DNA from: a virus
Lineage: Duplodnaviria; Heunggongvirae; Uroviricota; Caudoviricetes
DNA length: 64,000 bases
Reading direction: 5' to 3' (one strand)
IMG/VR virus record: IMGVR_UViG_3300033074_000580
Coordinates: 159,270-223,269 of that record
Shown here: one piece after another, positions 8,811 through 16,941 of the stretch
How the letters are laid out: the number at the start of each line of letters is the position of its first letter
How positions within the stretch are numbered: the first letter of the stretch is position 1
Position numbers and translations under genes: made by a program
Notes under the pieces: model-generated
What the model saw: only the letters and a program-made list of their open reading frames with translations
Databases searched by the model: none
What the model was told of the DNA's origin: nothing

Positions 8811-8819
8811 TTTACTGGA
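8811..8819 (+). promoter_or_regulatory. TTTACTGGA upstream element
   Basis: 13 nt 5' of the TTTG at 8833. Confidence 0.45.
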
Positions 8820-8884
8820 TTGAAAATATTATTTTGTTATAATCATTTTATTGTTTTATCTTTACACAACTAAAACACACATAT

Positions 8885-9643
8885 ATGGAAATGAAATTCA
8901 CAACCGTGGCGGAAGCCAAACGATTAACAGGTTTATCCTATCTCGCTAAATGTAACCACACAGCGAAACACAAAAAGGCATATAAGTACGATGAACTTGT
9001 GTATAGCCTTTATTTAGCTCCCGCGAAAATGTCTGGTTACGAAGTTTGTCCGATGAGAAATAAACATTGTACGAACTTATGTCTAAATGAATCAGGTCAC
9101 AACCGAATCGATATCCACGAAAATAAAATTAACCAATCGCGAATAACTAAAACTAAATTGTTTTTTGAGAACAGACAGTTTTTTATGGAGTGGATGATTT
9201 ATGAAATTAACTTTTATAAAAACAAAGCTAAAAAGTTAGGATATAACTTTAGTGTAAGATTAAACAATACGTCTGATTTATCCCCTGAATCATTTTATGT
9301 TGATATCGACGGAACAAAGAAAAATATATTACAATTGTTTCCCGATGTTCAATTCTACGATTACACAAAAGTTTTCAAAAGAACTGATTTAGTTAAAAAG
9401 TATAAAAATTACGATTTAACTTTTTCCTATAGTGGTACAAATATGGATGAATGTGTTCAGGCAATGGATAAGAAAATTAGAGTAGCCGTAGTATTCGAGG
9501 GTCTACCTACTACATTTTGGAATCGGAAAGTTGTCGACGGTGACAAGTACGATATGAGGTATTACGACCGAAAGAATATAATAGTCGGACTTAAGTTTAA
9601 GAAAGTCAGAAAGAAATTAGTAAAGAACCCCTTCGTAGTGTAG
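8885..9643 (+). CDS. hypothetical Cys/His-containing protein (252 aa)
   Basis: ORF track; slightly GC-richer codons than neighbouring genes; flanked by ~110-bp direct repeats. Confidence 0.55.
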   Translation: MEMKFTTVAEAKRLTGLSYLAKCNHTAKHKKAYKYDELVYSLYLAPAKMSGYEVCPMRNKHCTNLCLNESGHNRIDIHENKINQSRITKTKLFFENRQFFMEWMIYEINFYKNKAKKLGYNFSVRLNNTSDLSPESFYVDIDGTKKNILQLFPDVQFYDYTKVFKRTDLVKKYKNYDLTFSYSGTNMDECVQAMDKKIRVAVVFEGLPTTFWNRKVVDGDKYDMRYYDRKNIIVGLKFKKVRKKLVKNPFVV

Positions 9644-9653
9644 GGGTTTTTTA
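9626..9653 (+). terminator. rho-independent terminator
   Basis: AACCCCTtcgtagtgtAGGGGTT followed by a T-run; overlaps the 3' end of the gene. Confidence 0.7.
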
Positions 9654-9687
9654 TTGTGCACTGTATCTGCACAGCAACAGTAAAAAC

Positions 9688-9718
9688 TTTACTGGATTAA
9701 ATGTAATACTCCAGTAAA
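9688..9718. repeat. TTTACTGGA / TCCAGTAAA inverted repeat
   Basis: 9688-9696 and 9710-9718. Confidence 0.9.
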
Positions 9719-9727
9719 CTTTTTGAC

Positions 9728-9765
9728 ATGCGCAGCCTGATCTGCTGCAGATCATTCGCAGATCA
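9728..9765. repeat. GC-rich GATC-containing repeat, second copy
   Basis: GCGCAGCCTGATCTGCTG at 9730-9747, followed by GCAGATCAT twice. Confidence 0.85.
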
Positions 9766-9874
9766 TCTGTAAAGAATTTACTGGATTAAAAATAATTTAA
9801 AAAATTATTATCGTAATACTTGTACGGAATTAAAATTATACCTATCTTTGGTCTTCACTAAAACAATACACATT

Positions 9875-10303
9875 ATGGGAACTCGCTCAACTTATCGAAT
9901 TATCGAACAATTTACCGATAAAGGTAAAGTCGTAAATCAGGAAATCTGTTTAGTGTATCGTCAATTCGACGGATACCCAACAGGTCATCCAATGGAAACC
10001 GCTGAATGGTTGGCATCTGGCACAGTTGTAAATGGTTATTCTAATACGGATAATTTACAATTCAACGGAGCTGGTTGTTTAGCCGCACAACTTGTTGCGA
10101 AATATAAAGATGGTGTTGGTGGAACTTACATTCAATCTTTGAAATCTCGCGGAAACTCTTGGGAAGATTATCTTTATGACATTATTGTAAAAGAAGATAA
10201 AACTATTGAATATGTGTGCTATGAGAATGGGGTTCGTAAGAAAGAATTATTTCGTGGAACTCCACAGGACTTCGTAGAGAAATTTGAAAAACAAGAAGCG
10301 TAA
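9875..10303 (+). CDS. hypothetical protein (142 aa)
   Basis: ORF 9848..10303 (TTG start) trimmed to ATG 9875. Confidence 0.5.
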   Translation: MGTRSTYRIIEQFTDKGKVVNQEICLVYRQFDGYPTGHPMETAEWLASGTVVNGYSNTDNLQFNGAGCLAAQLVAKYKDGVGGTYIQSLKSRGNSWEDYLYDIIVKEDKTIEYVCYENGVRKKELFRGTPQDFVEKFEKQEA

Positions 10304-10674
10304 TGAAAAAACATCAAGTTAGATTCAATCTCGGAAAGGGAGAGAATTATATGAAGTGGAAAATAACTTACAACGACGGCAGGGTGGAATATCACCATCC
10401 TGCTGAAGTTCAGTTACTATTACACGATTGCACATTAAAGAACAACAGAAAGGCTGCACAGAGAATCTTTACTGGAGAGAGTACCAAAGTAGTTTGTGCT
10501 TATGTTCTTTGTAAGGGAATTGAAATCTTAACTGAAGATTTTATTCCTGAAACTTCCGCACATTTAAAATACAATCCTCGTGTGTTTCCATTTTGGAACT
10601 TGGATGGGATGAATGTGGATGGGAACGAATACAAAGAATTATTTTCTGTACACAGCAAGCTCTATCTAAAATAA
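10303..10674 (+). CDS. hypothetical protein (123 aa)
   Basis: ATGA stop/start overlap with the upstream gene. Confidence 0.5.
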   Translation: MKKHQVRFNLGKGENYMKWKITYNDGRVEYHHPAEVQLLLHDCTLKNNRKAAQRIFTGESTKVVCAYVLCKGIEILTEDFIPETSAHLKYNPRVFPFWNLDGMNVDGNEYKELFSVHSKLYLK

Positions 10675-10683
10675 TTTACTGGA
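10675..10683 (+). promoter_or_regulatory. TTTACTGGA upstream element
   Basis: 12 nt 5' of the TTTG at 10696. Confidence 0.5.
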
Positions 10684-10695
10684 TTGAAAAATAAG

Positions 10696-10727
10696 TTTGT
10701 TAAAATTAAATTATTGTAATACATTTG
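10696..10727 (+). promoter_or_regulatory. Bacteroidota-type promoter
   Basis: TTTG 10696-10699, 20-nt spacer, TACATTTG 10720-10727. Confidence 0.6.
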
Positions 10728-10781
10728 TACATCATTAACTCACAAACTCGTGGACAGGAGATAAACTGAACAACACTCACT

Positions 10782-11333
10782 ATGGGATTAGATATGTATC
10801 TCTCAAAGAAAACCTATGTTAAAAGATGGGGTTACGAAAAACCCGAAGAAGCATTTAATGTCACAATCCAAAAAAATGGGGTGACATATCCTCACATCAA
10901 GTCCGAACGAATTTCCTACATCACGGAAGAAATTATGTACTGGAGAAAAGCAAATCAAATTCACGGATGGATTTGTTCCAATGGTCAAGTAATCACGGAA
11001 GATGTTAGATACATTTTGGAAGGTGAACAAATTGTTGAGTTGCTTGAAACTTGTAAGAAAGTTCTTGAACTTATCAACACATCAACTAAATCGACTACAC
11101 AGGTTGTGGGTGGTTGGAGAAATGGTGAAGAATATAAAGTTGATGTTGATGTGTATGACAACACAGATGAGATTATGGAGTTACTTCCACCAACACAGGG
11201 ATTTTTCTTTGGTTCATCAATTATTGATGATTGGTATAAAGAACAAATCGAGGAAACTATTAAAGTGTTAGAAGAAGAAATCAATTCTAATACGGATAAT
11301 TATCCCGAATACGAATACTACGCTTCGTGGTAA
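10782..11333 (+). CDS. hypothetical protein (183 aa)
   Basis: ORF track; promoter 10696-10727 upstream and terminator 11345-11385 downstream. Confidence 0.5.
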   Translation: MGLDMYLSKKTYVKRWGYEKPEEAFNVTIQKNGVTYPHIKSERISYITEEIMYWRKANQIHGWICSNGQVITEDVRYILEGEQIVELLETCKKVLELINTSTKSTTQVVGGWRNGEEYKVDVDVYDNTDEIMELLPPTQGFFFGSSIIDDWYKEQIEETIKVLEEEINSNTDNYPEYEYYASW

Positions 11334-11344
11334 AATAAAATAAT

Positions 11345-11385
11345 GGGGATATTGTTAGGAATAATGATATCCCCTTTATATCTTT
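11345..11385 (+). terminator. probable terminator
   Basis: GGGGATAT...ATATCCCC stem with a U-rich tail. Confidence 0.5.
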
Positions 11386-11409
11386 GTTCAACATTTAAAC
11401 ACACAGACT

Positions 11410-12093
11410 ATGCCAAATTGGTGCAACAACTACATTGAGATTTCAGGTTCTAAGGAGAATATGAAACCCATCTACGATTACTTCAACGAAGGACAGAAAG
11501 TAATCGACAAGTATTACGAGGATGTTAAGAAGTACAGAGAAGAAAATCCTGACGCAACTGATTTAGGAGTTAGTTGGGAGGAGAATCTTGTTATGAATAC
11601 TTTAGTTCCACACGACGAGGAATACGACCGAATTAAAGAGTCAGGAGATTTCTTACTTAATCCTCAAACAAGATTTTATGGAACTAAATGGGACTTCGAC
11701 CTAAGGGAAGCAAATCTAAATCAGGTGGAAGAAACTTTAATCACATTAGCCCCATCAACAGCTTGGTCACCTCCATCCGAGTTCTGTCAAAGATTGACCA
11801 AGAAATATAATGTACACGTTAATCTTACATATGAGGAAGGTGGTGTAGGTTTTGTGGGTCAGGAAGAATTTGAGGGTGGTGAGATGATTGGACAGGTAAT
11901 CTACGAAGATTACTACGAAGGTCTTTACAATTTGGATAAAGAAACCTTTTGGAGTATGGTGGATTATGAATGTGATGATGTGGATGAAGACACCACAGAG
12001 GAGGAGTTTCTTGAGAAGTTCAATTCCTATGTGTCCGAAGAAGATTTGGAAAAGATTAAAGAATACTATCACGAATATAAAATAGAGTCGTAA
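11410..12093 (+). CDS. hypothetical protein, possibly DUF1281-like (N-terminal MPNWCNN motif)
   Basis: 227 aa; the family assignment is recalled from the N-terminal motif only. Confidence 0.45.
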   Translation: MPNWCNNYIEISGSKENMKPIYDYFNEGQKVIDKYYEDVKKYREENPDATDLGVSWEENLVMNTLVPHDEEYDRIKESGDFLLNPQTRFYGTKWDFDLREANLNQVEETLITLAPSTAWSPPSEFCQRLTKKYNVHVNLTYEEGGVGFVGQEEFEGGEMIGQVIYEDYYEGLYNLDKETFWSMVDYECDDVDEDTTEEEFLEKFNSYVSEEDLEKIKEYYHEYKIES

Positions 12094-12350
12094 TGGAAAA
12101 GAAGTTAAAAGTTAAATACAGCACATTTGTTAGCCCACTCTCATATAATGAGTGGGCACAACAATACAAGGTTTCAAGTTTATATACGGAGAGTACTCCA
12201 TATTATCAGGGAAACCTTACCCATCAGGAGCCAAACCAAAAATCCAGTTTATATCAGTCGATTGAGGATTTGTTCCCGAGAAGACCACTATTAAAATCAA
12301 TCATTCAAAAATTTAAAACAAAGAAAAGATGCCAAGAGAAAACAAACTAA
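12093..12350 (+). CDS. hypothetical protein (85 aa)
   Basis: ORF track; ATGA overlap with the upstream gene. Confidence 0.4.
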   Translation: MEKKLKVKYSTFVSPLSYNEWAQQYKVSSLYTESTPYYQGNLTHQEPNQKSSLYQSIEDLFPRRPLLKSIIQKFKTKKRCQEKTN

Positions 12351-12799
12351 CAGAAGGAGTGTTTACTGGAATAGTAGGGACTCGAGAAAGAATCAGTTCA
12401 TATGACCTATTCTTAGAAACGATGACCAAGAAGAATTCACCTGAATTATCTAAGTGGAGCAAGAAGTATCGTGACCACATCAATAAGAATAAGGTGAAGT
12501 TCCAAAACTTAGCCAAACTTGAGGAGGTGATAATGCAGCTCAGGAGTAAAGAAACTTTACTGGAGAACATCAAACTGTCACTCGTTCGTGAATACATCTA
12601 CGCAAGAGCATTGTTCTACCGTGAGGGTAAAGGGACAAAAGACATTCGTGTTATCGTCGACAAGACTGATATCTACGGTGAGGACCTTAATGTTCTTCTT
12701 AAGAATAAGGAATTTATGTCCAAAGCTGTAACCAAACTACAGGCTGCAATGGATAAAGAAATTGCTGAGAATGTGAGGACCATTGAAAATATATTCTAG
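12329..12799 (+). CDS. hypothetical protein (156 aa)
   Basis: ORF track. Confidence 0.5.
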   Translation: MPRENKLTEGVFTGIVGTRERISSYDLFLETMTKKNSPELSKWSKKYRDHINKNKVKFQNLAKLEEVIMQLRSKETLLENIKLSLVREYIYARALFYREGKGTKDIRVIVDKTDIYGEDLNVLLKNKEFMSKAVTKLQAAMDKEIAENVRTIENIF

Positions 12800-12851
12800 A
12801 ATTATTTGGAATATTCGAACGAAGTGTTAACTTTACTAAAAATTCACACAT

Positions 12852-13178
12852 ATGAACTACACAGAACAAATCAATCAATTGAGGGATAAGATGCATAAGG
12901 ACATCATCCACTCAGTTCAAAGAGCTCATTCGGTTATGGATGAGTTTGATGTCGAGTTACTTAATCCATTCTCCATTTGGGTAACCGAAGGGTTTGAGGA
13001 TGAGTATCAGGTTAATATTGCGGTTATGGGTGTATCAGGTATTACAGGTGATTTAATCACACGAGGTATTACAGAGGATGCATATTGTGATATTAACTAT
13101 AGTGACCTTACATTGGAGCAACTTGCATATCTCCACAGACAAATTGAAACACAACAATTCACCATAAACATAATATAA
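12852..13178 (+). CDS. hypothetical protein (108 aa)
   Basis: ORF track. Confidence 0.45.
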   Translation: MNYTEQINQLRDKMHKDIIHSVQRAHSVMDEFDVELLNPFSIWVTEGFEDEYQVNIAVMGVSGITGDLITRGITEDAYCDINYSDLTLEQLAYLHRQIETQQFTINII

Positions 13179-13179
13179 A

Positions 13180-13725
13180 ATGAAAACGATTCAATTAACT
13201 GAAGAAGTAATGGTATCCGACCCTTGTTACACGGTGCCAACCTGGTGTCAACATAAGCTCACAGGTGTATTACCAGGGGAGTATGTAACGAATGTTATGA
13301 AATCCGACGAGGGTGCTTGGGGACACAGGATAGGATTATTGGTGGCGGTCCATAAGGATTATGTCCACGATGATTTATCTTGGAGGGTAGTATCTGCGGC
13401 AGATATCGGGGTCGACTCGGGTCAGGCTGGCATCTTTGCAATGGACACATACAGAAAGGACAGCGTCTTCCAAGAACCAAACAACTTTGGTTTCTCCCAA
13501 GTTGCTGAGGGTGATCATTGGTACGGCCATATGTGTGATAGGACCTTAAGTGATGAGCAATGGGGAACTTACAGCCACGGGGTTGTTTCTTCCACAGGTT
13601 ACGGGGATGGTTCCTATAGATTATGTGTGGCAAAACACAATGGGAAGATTGTCGGGATTGGTATTGATTACTTGGGATATAAGAACTATGCGTTCAACCT
13701 GGTGATAGATAAAGAGTTGGTATAG
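13180..13725 (+). CDS. hypothetical protein (181 aa), GC-richer codon usage
   Basis: ORF track; compositionally distinct from the AT-rich upstream genes. Confidence 0.5.
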   Translation: MKTIQLTEEVMVSDPCYTVPTWCQHKLTGVLPGEYVTNVMKSDEGAWGHRIGLLVAVHKDYVHDDLSWRVVSAADIGVDSGQAGIFAMDTYRKDSVFQEPNNFGFSQVAEGDHWYGHMCDRTLSDEQWGTYSHGVVSSTGYGDGSYRLCVAKHNGKIVGIGIDYLGYKNYAFNLVIDKELV

Positions 13726-13784
13726 TTAAACAATATGAAGACGGGGGAGTTATTCCCCTATCTTTGTATATTAAATAAACAGAT

Positions 13785-13976
13785 ATGACAACAATTAGAA
13801 CACAGGTGATTCCAACCAAGAAAGGTTATGAAGTTTGGTACTCCTTAGATGGAGGACAATCAATGGAGCTTCATAGTGTCCACAAGACAATGGACAGTGC
13901 GGTGAAGGAAACGGTGAGCCTCAAGGGCCACTATACTTTACTGGAGAAGATTACACGTAAATTCACAAACCTCTAA
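13785..13976 (+). CDS. hypothetical protein (63 aa)
   Basis: ORF track. Confidence 0.4.
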   Translation: MTTIRTQVIPTKKGYEVWYSLDGGQSMELHSVHKTMDSAVKETVSLKGHYTLLEKITRKFTNL

Positions 13977-13989
13977 ATAACGATTAACT

Positions 13990-14127
13990 ATGAAAAAGTT
14001 CCTCAAGAAGGTAGAGTACATATGGGACATCTACTTCGTCTACTTCCTTTACAACGGCAATAAGACCGACCGTTATTATGCTTACCTCAGGAAGAAGTAC
14101 CCCGAAATGTTTACTGGAGAGAAGTAA
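13990..14127 (+). CDS. small hypothetical protein (45 aa)
   Basis: manually read ATG ORF (MKKFLKKVEYIWD...), too short for the ORF track. Confidence 0.3.
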   Translation: MKKFLKKVEYIWDIYFVYFLYNGNKTDRYYAYLRKKYPEMFTGEK

Positions 14128-14257
14128 TCTCCCCGTGATCACCCGGTGATCAGGACTCCGAAGTTTACTGGATTAGGGGACATGTAAAAATATTTTGCCG
14201 GCAGATTTTTTATTGTGGATATTATTTACTATATTTTAGTATAAAATAATAAAACAC

Positions 14258-14440
14258 ATGAAAAAACAATCATCAACACGCCGTCAGACTGTAACCACTT
14301 ATGTTCCTGTATCTGACAACATCTACCACGACGGTTCATCATACCGTGTACGTGTTAGTATCAACGGTAAGAAGTACTCTAAGAACTTCTCTAACAAACG
14401 TAAAGCGGTTTCATTCCGTAACGAATTGTTAGGTCGATAG
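14258..14440 (+). CDS. AP2/integrase-arm-like DNA-binding domain protein (60 aa)
   Basis: 'YRVRVSINGKKYSKNFSNKRKAVSFRNEL' resembles AP2/integrase DNA-binding folds; codons of the cgt/ggt/aac/tac type. Confidence 0.45.
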   Translation: MKKQSSTRRQTVTTYVPVSDNIYHDGSSYRVRVSINGKKYSKNFSNKRKAVSFRNELLGR

Positions 14441-15360
14441 TAAGTACTACTTCCAATAAGACTTCGGGGTCTCCTACAGTTGCTCATGTTAGCTGTACGG
14501 GGACCCTTCTTATTTGTACATGTCAGAGATATTCCTTACCTTGTTCTTAGGGAGGAAGAAGGTCCACAAACTTTACTGGATTAACTGATTACGGGACTCC
14601 CCTTCGGGTCGTCCCTTCATCCCGTGGTGAAGGTTCCACGTGGAACGTGGGTATTACACCATACATGTGGGACTGTATGACAGGGGTATATATTGTACTA
14701 TTCTAAGTCCCCGTCGAAAATTCCCTAAGGGTTTTTCTAAAAACCATATAACTATTCTAAGATTCAGGGATGTATTACCATCCTGAAGGGAGGACTCGTA
14801 GAGTCCGACCGACTCAATCACTTCTTTTGTGGACTTAATCCAGTAAACTATGTAATACATATAACCCATTATACGGGGGTCCTAACGGACCCCCTTCATC
14901 CCGTACAGTTGCCAGACAATATCACAATATTATGACCATAGTGTATTACCCATATTTGTCTGGCAAGAATTACGGGGACTCTGTCGAGTCCCCTTCAGGG
15001 GGGTTAGGACCTATAATGTATGACACGTTATATGGTATAATATGTATTACATAATACTATAATATAAACGGGATGAAGGACCGACCGAAACGAAGTGTAG
15101 GGAGGTCCGTATTACACTAAAATGGTTATATTCTGGTACCGGAAATAAAATGGGTCGTGATTCACGCAAGGGTCAATCCCGTAATACATTCCTAGCCCGT
15201 GGGGAAAAGTGGGAATTTGTGGATTGTAATACTGGTATCCCAAATTTTAGATAAAAAAAGATAATTTAGTATATATTTTTCGATCACGATAAAAGTGTCA
15301 GAAAAAAGTACAGGTTTTTGTACTAAAAACAGGAAAAAATTCGGTCTAATTTTAGGGGGA
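14441..15360. other. ORF-free, GC-rich, hairpin-dense repeat array at the convergent junction (candidate structured ncRNA cluster, or replication origin / iteron region)
   Basis: repeated modules: CCCTTCATCCCGT at 14613 and 14892, with the reverse-orientation copy at 15068 carrying one mismatch; TACAGTTGC twice; TACGGG(G)NYYC three times; UUCG/UUCA-looped GC stems; about eight GTAATAC/GTATTAC sites; AT-rich core 15036-15066. Confidence 0.5.
14633..14646. repeat. second copy of the perfect palindrome GTTCCACGTGGAAC
   Basis: identical to 3388-3401. Confidence 0.85.
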
Positions 15361-15451
15361 AAATAGTGTGGATTCTGACTATATTAGAGGGGTTTTATTA
15401 TGGGGTTCTGGAACCGGTATTGTCGGTCGGGAGTCTTTCGACTCCCTCCCT

Positions 15452-15901
15452 TCAGGGTGTATTAAAATTTAGATGTACTCTTCTTACTATACTCGGAGTA
15501 AACTTCTTATTATGTCTTGTCTTATGTCCTTGTTCATTTAAGAGATTACTTATCTGGGTATAATTTAGATATCCATTTACCTTTACAAATTCATCTATAA
15601 AGTTCTTACAGAATATCCAATTTTCATTCTCAATACGATTCCTTTTAATAGATTCAACACCCTTTAATGTGGCAACCTTTGTTAGATTCTGAGGTGAACC
15701 TAATTTAACTCCTCTATCTTTGGCTCGTTTCAATCCTTCTCTTGTCAATATTCCATGGTTAGTAAAATCAATCCCATGTACTTTACCGTGACAAACTTCA
15801 CATAAGGGTATGGTTTTAGTTCCCCCTTTACTCTGTGGAATCACATGATGATGATGTATATTTTCCTTAGAGTCACATTCAAAACAATAATATACTTTCA
15901 T
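15452..15901 (-). CDS. HNH endonuclease fused to a resolvase-type helix-turn-helix DNA-binding domain
   Basis: N-terminal 'CFECDSKENIHHHHVIPQSKGG...CEVCHGKVHG' HNH motif; C-terminal recombinase-like HTH. Confidence 0.8.
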   Translation of the reverse strand: MKVYYCFECDSKENIHHHHVIPQSKGGTKTIPLCEVCHGKVHGIDFTNHGILTREGLKRAKDRGVKLGSPQNLTKVATLKGVESIKRNRIENENWIFCKNFIDEFVKVNGYLNYTQISNLLNEQGHKTRHNKKFTPSIVRRVHLNFNTP

Positions 15902-16230
15902 GATAAGTTCTCTATAATAATCGGTTCATCACAATGGGGACAATCCTTTAGTACAAGAAGATTATTCATATGGAAGGACCATTTCTCAACCTGTGGTTTT
16001 TCCATAGTAGATAGTTTTCTGAATCCATCTTGATTATCCACTTCACCATATATGTCATAATATTTTCCCTTATACCTTGTGATAATATGATTCCCATTCG
16101 TATATGGTATACAACCTTTATACATCTTACTTAGTAGGAGGTGAAACTTATAACAACCTCCTTTTGTGTAGATGTGATGAATATACCTGTCAGTATTTCT
16201 TAGTTCATCTATGAAGTCTACTATGTTCAT
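15898..16230 (-). CDS. hypothetical protein (110 aa)
   Basis: ORF 15898..16308 trimmed to the ATG that starts 1 nt after the upstream stop. Confidence 0.45.
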   Translation of the reverse strand: MNIVDFIDELRNTDRYIHHIYTKGGCYKFHLLLSKMYKGCIPYTNGNHIITRYKGKYYDIYGEVDNQDGFRKLSTMEKPQVEKWSFHMNNLLVLKDCPHCDEPIIIENLS

Positions 16231-16231
16231 A

Positions 16232-16522
16232 CTACTCAACAATAACTTTATGACATTCCCAACACTTATAACATCCTTCTCTATAGTATTCCCTATATCT
16301 TTGTTCATGAATACATCCTAATGTTTTCTCTACTACATTATTCTTTACCTTAAAGAATTTGAGAATCTTATCTGTGAAAGAGAGTTTATTCTTTCTTAGT
16401 TGTTCTTGGTATTCTATTACTTCCATGGCTTCTCCCATAGATACAGGTATACCTCTTCTAACTCTATCAGATAGTTCTTCGAGTCTATTATCCTTTATGG
16501 TCTTTCTGAATGTATTTTTCAT
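16232..16522 (-). CDS. hypothetical protein (96 aa)
   Basis: ORF track. Confidence 0.45.
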   Translation of the reverse strand: MKNTFRKTIKDNRLEELSDRVRRGIPVSMGEAMEVIEYQEQLRKNKLSFTDKILKFFKVKNNVVEKTLGCIHEQRYREYYREGCYKCWECHKVIVE

Positions 16523-16845
16523 CTATTGAATGTTATTGTTATATCTGATTGATTGTTGAATATCTCCCCGCCTTCTGTCATTCTATCCTGTCTTTCCCAT
16601 ATATCCCTTAGATATTCCGCGTTCTGTTCACTACGGAAATACCATAATGAATCATAGTCAGGTTTGAATACGATTGCAAACTTCTTTCCAACATATCTTC
16701 TTACAATAGTATATTTGGGAATCATTCTCCCCGTAATTGATGAAAATTCCTCCTTATTCATTGTATAGAACGTTTCCCCCGCGTATATATAACCACCATC
16801 GTGAGCGGTTGCAATCGGATTCTTTAAGAACTTAAACGGTTTCAT
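16519..16845 (-). CDS. hypothetical protein with MKPFKFLK N-terminal leader (108 aa)
   Basis: trimmed to the ATG that gives the shared MKPFKF leader. Confidence 0.5.
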   Translation of the reverse strand: MKPFKFLKNPIATAHDGGYIYAGETFYTMNKEEFSSITGRMIPKYTIVRRYVGKKFAIVFKPDYDSLWYFRSEQNAEYLRDIWERQDRMTEGGEIFNNQSDITITFNR

Positions 16846-16941
16846 ATACCAAATATACAATATATTCCGATATATCCCAAATAATTTAAATTTTTTTATG
16901 TCAAATCTATTGTTTAACTTTGTGGTCTAAACAAATAAACA

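Noticed and set aside
14654-14869. ORF 14654..14869 (-), 71 aa, inside the structured region
   Set aside because: Low-complexity, Tyr/Ile-rich translation of hairpin DNA with no start-site signals; treated as non-coding.
14441-15452. tRNA genes or a group I intron in the GC-rich non-coding region
   Set aside because: No segment shows a cloverleaf with a GGTTCGAATCC-like T-arm (the closest, GGGTCAATCCC near 15170, lacks a matching acceptor and D-arm). Both flanking ORFs terminate cleanly with no split gene, so an intron could not be supported.
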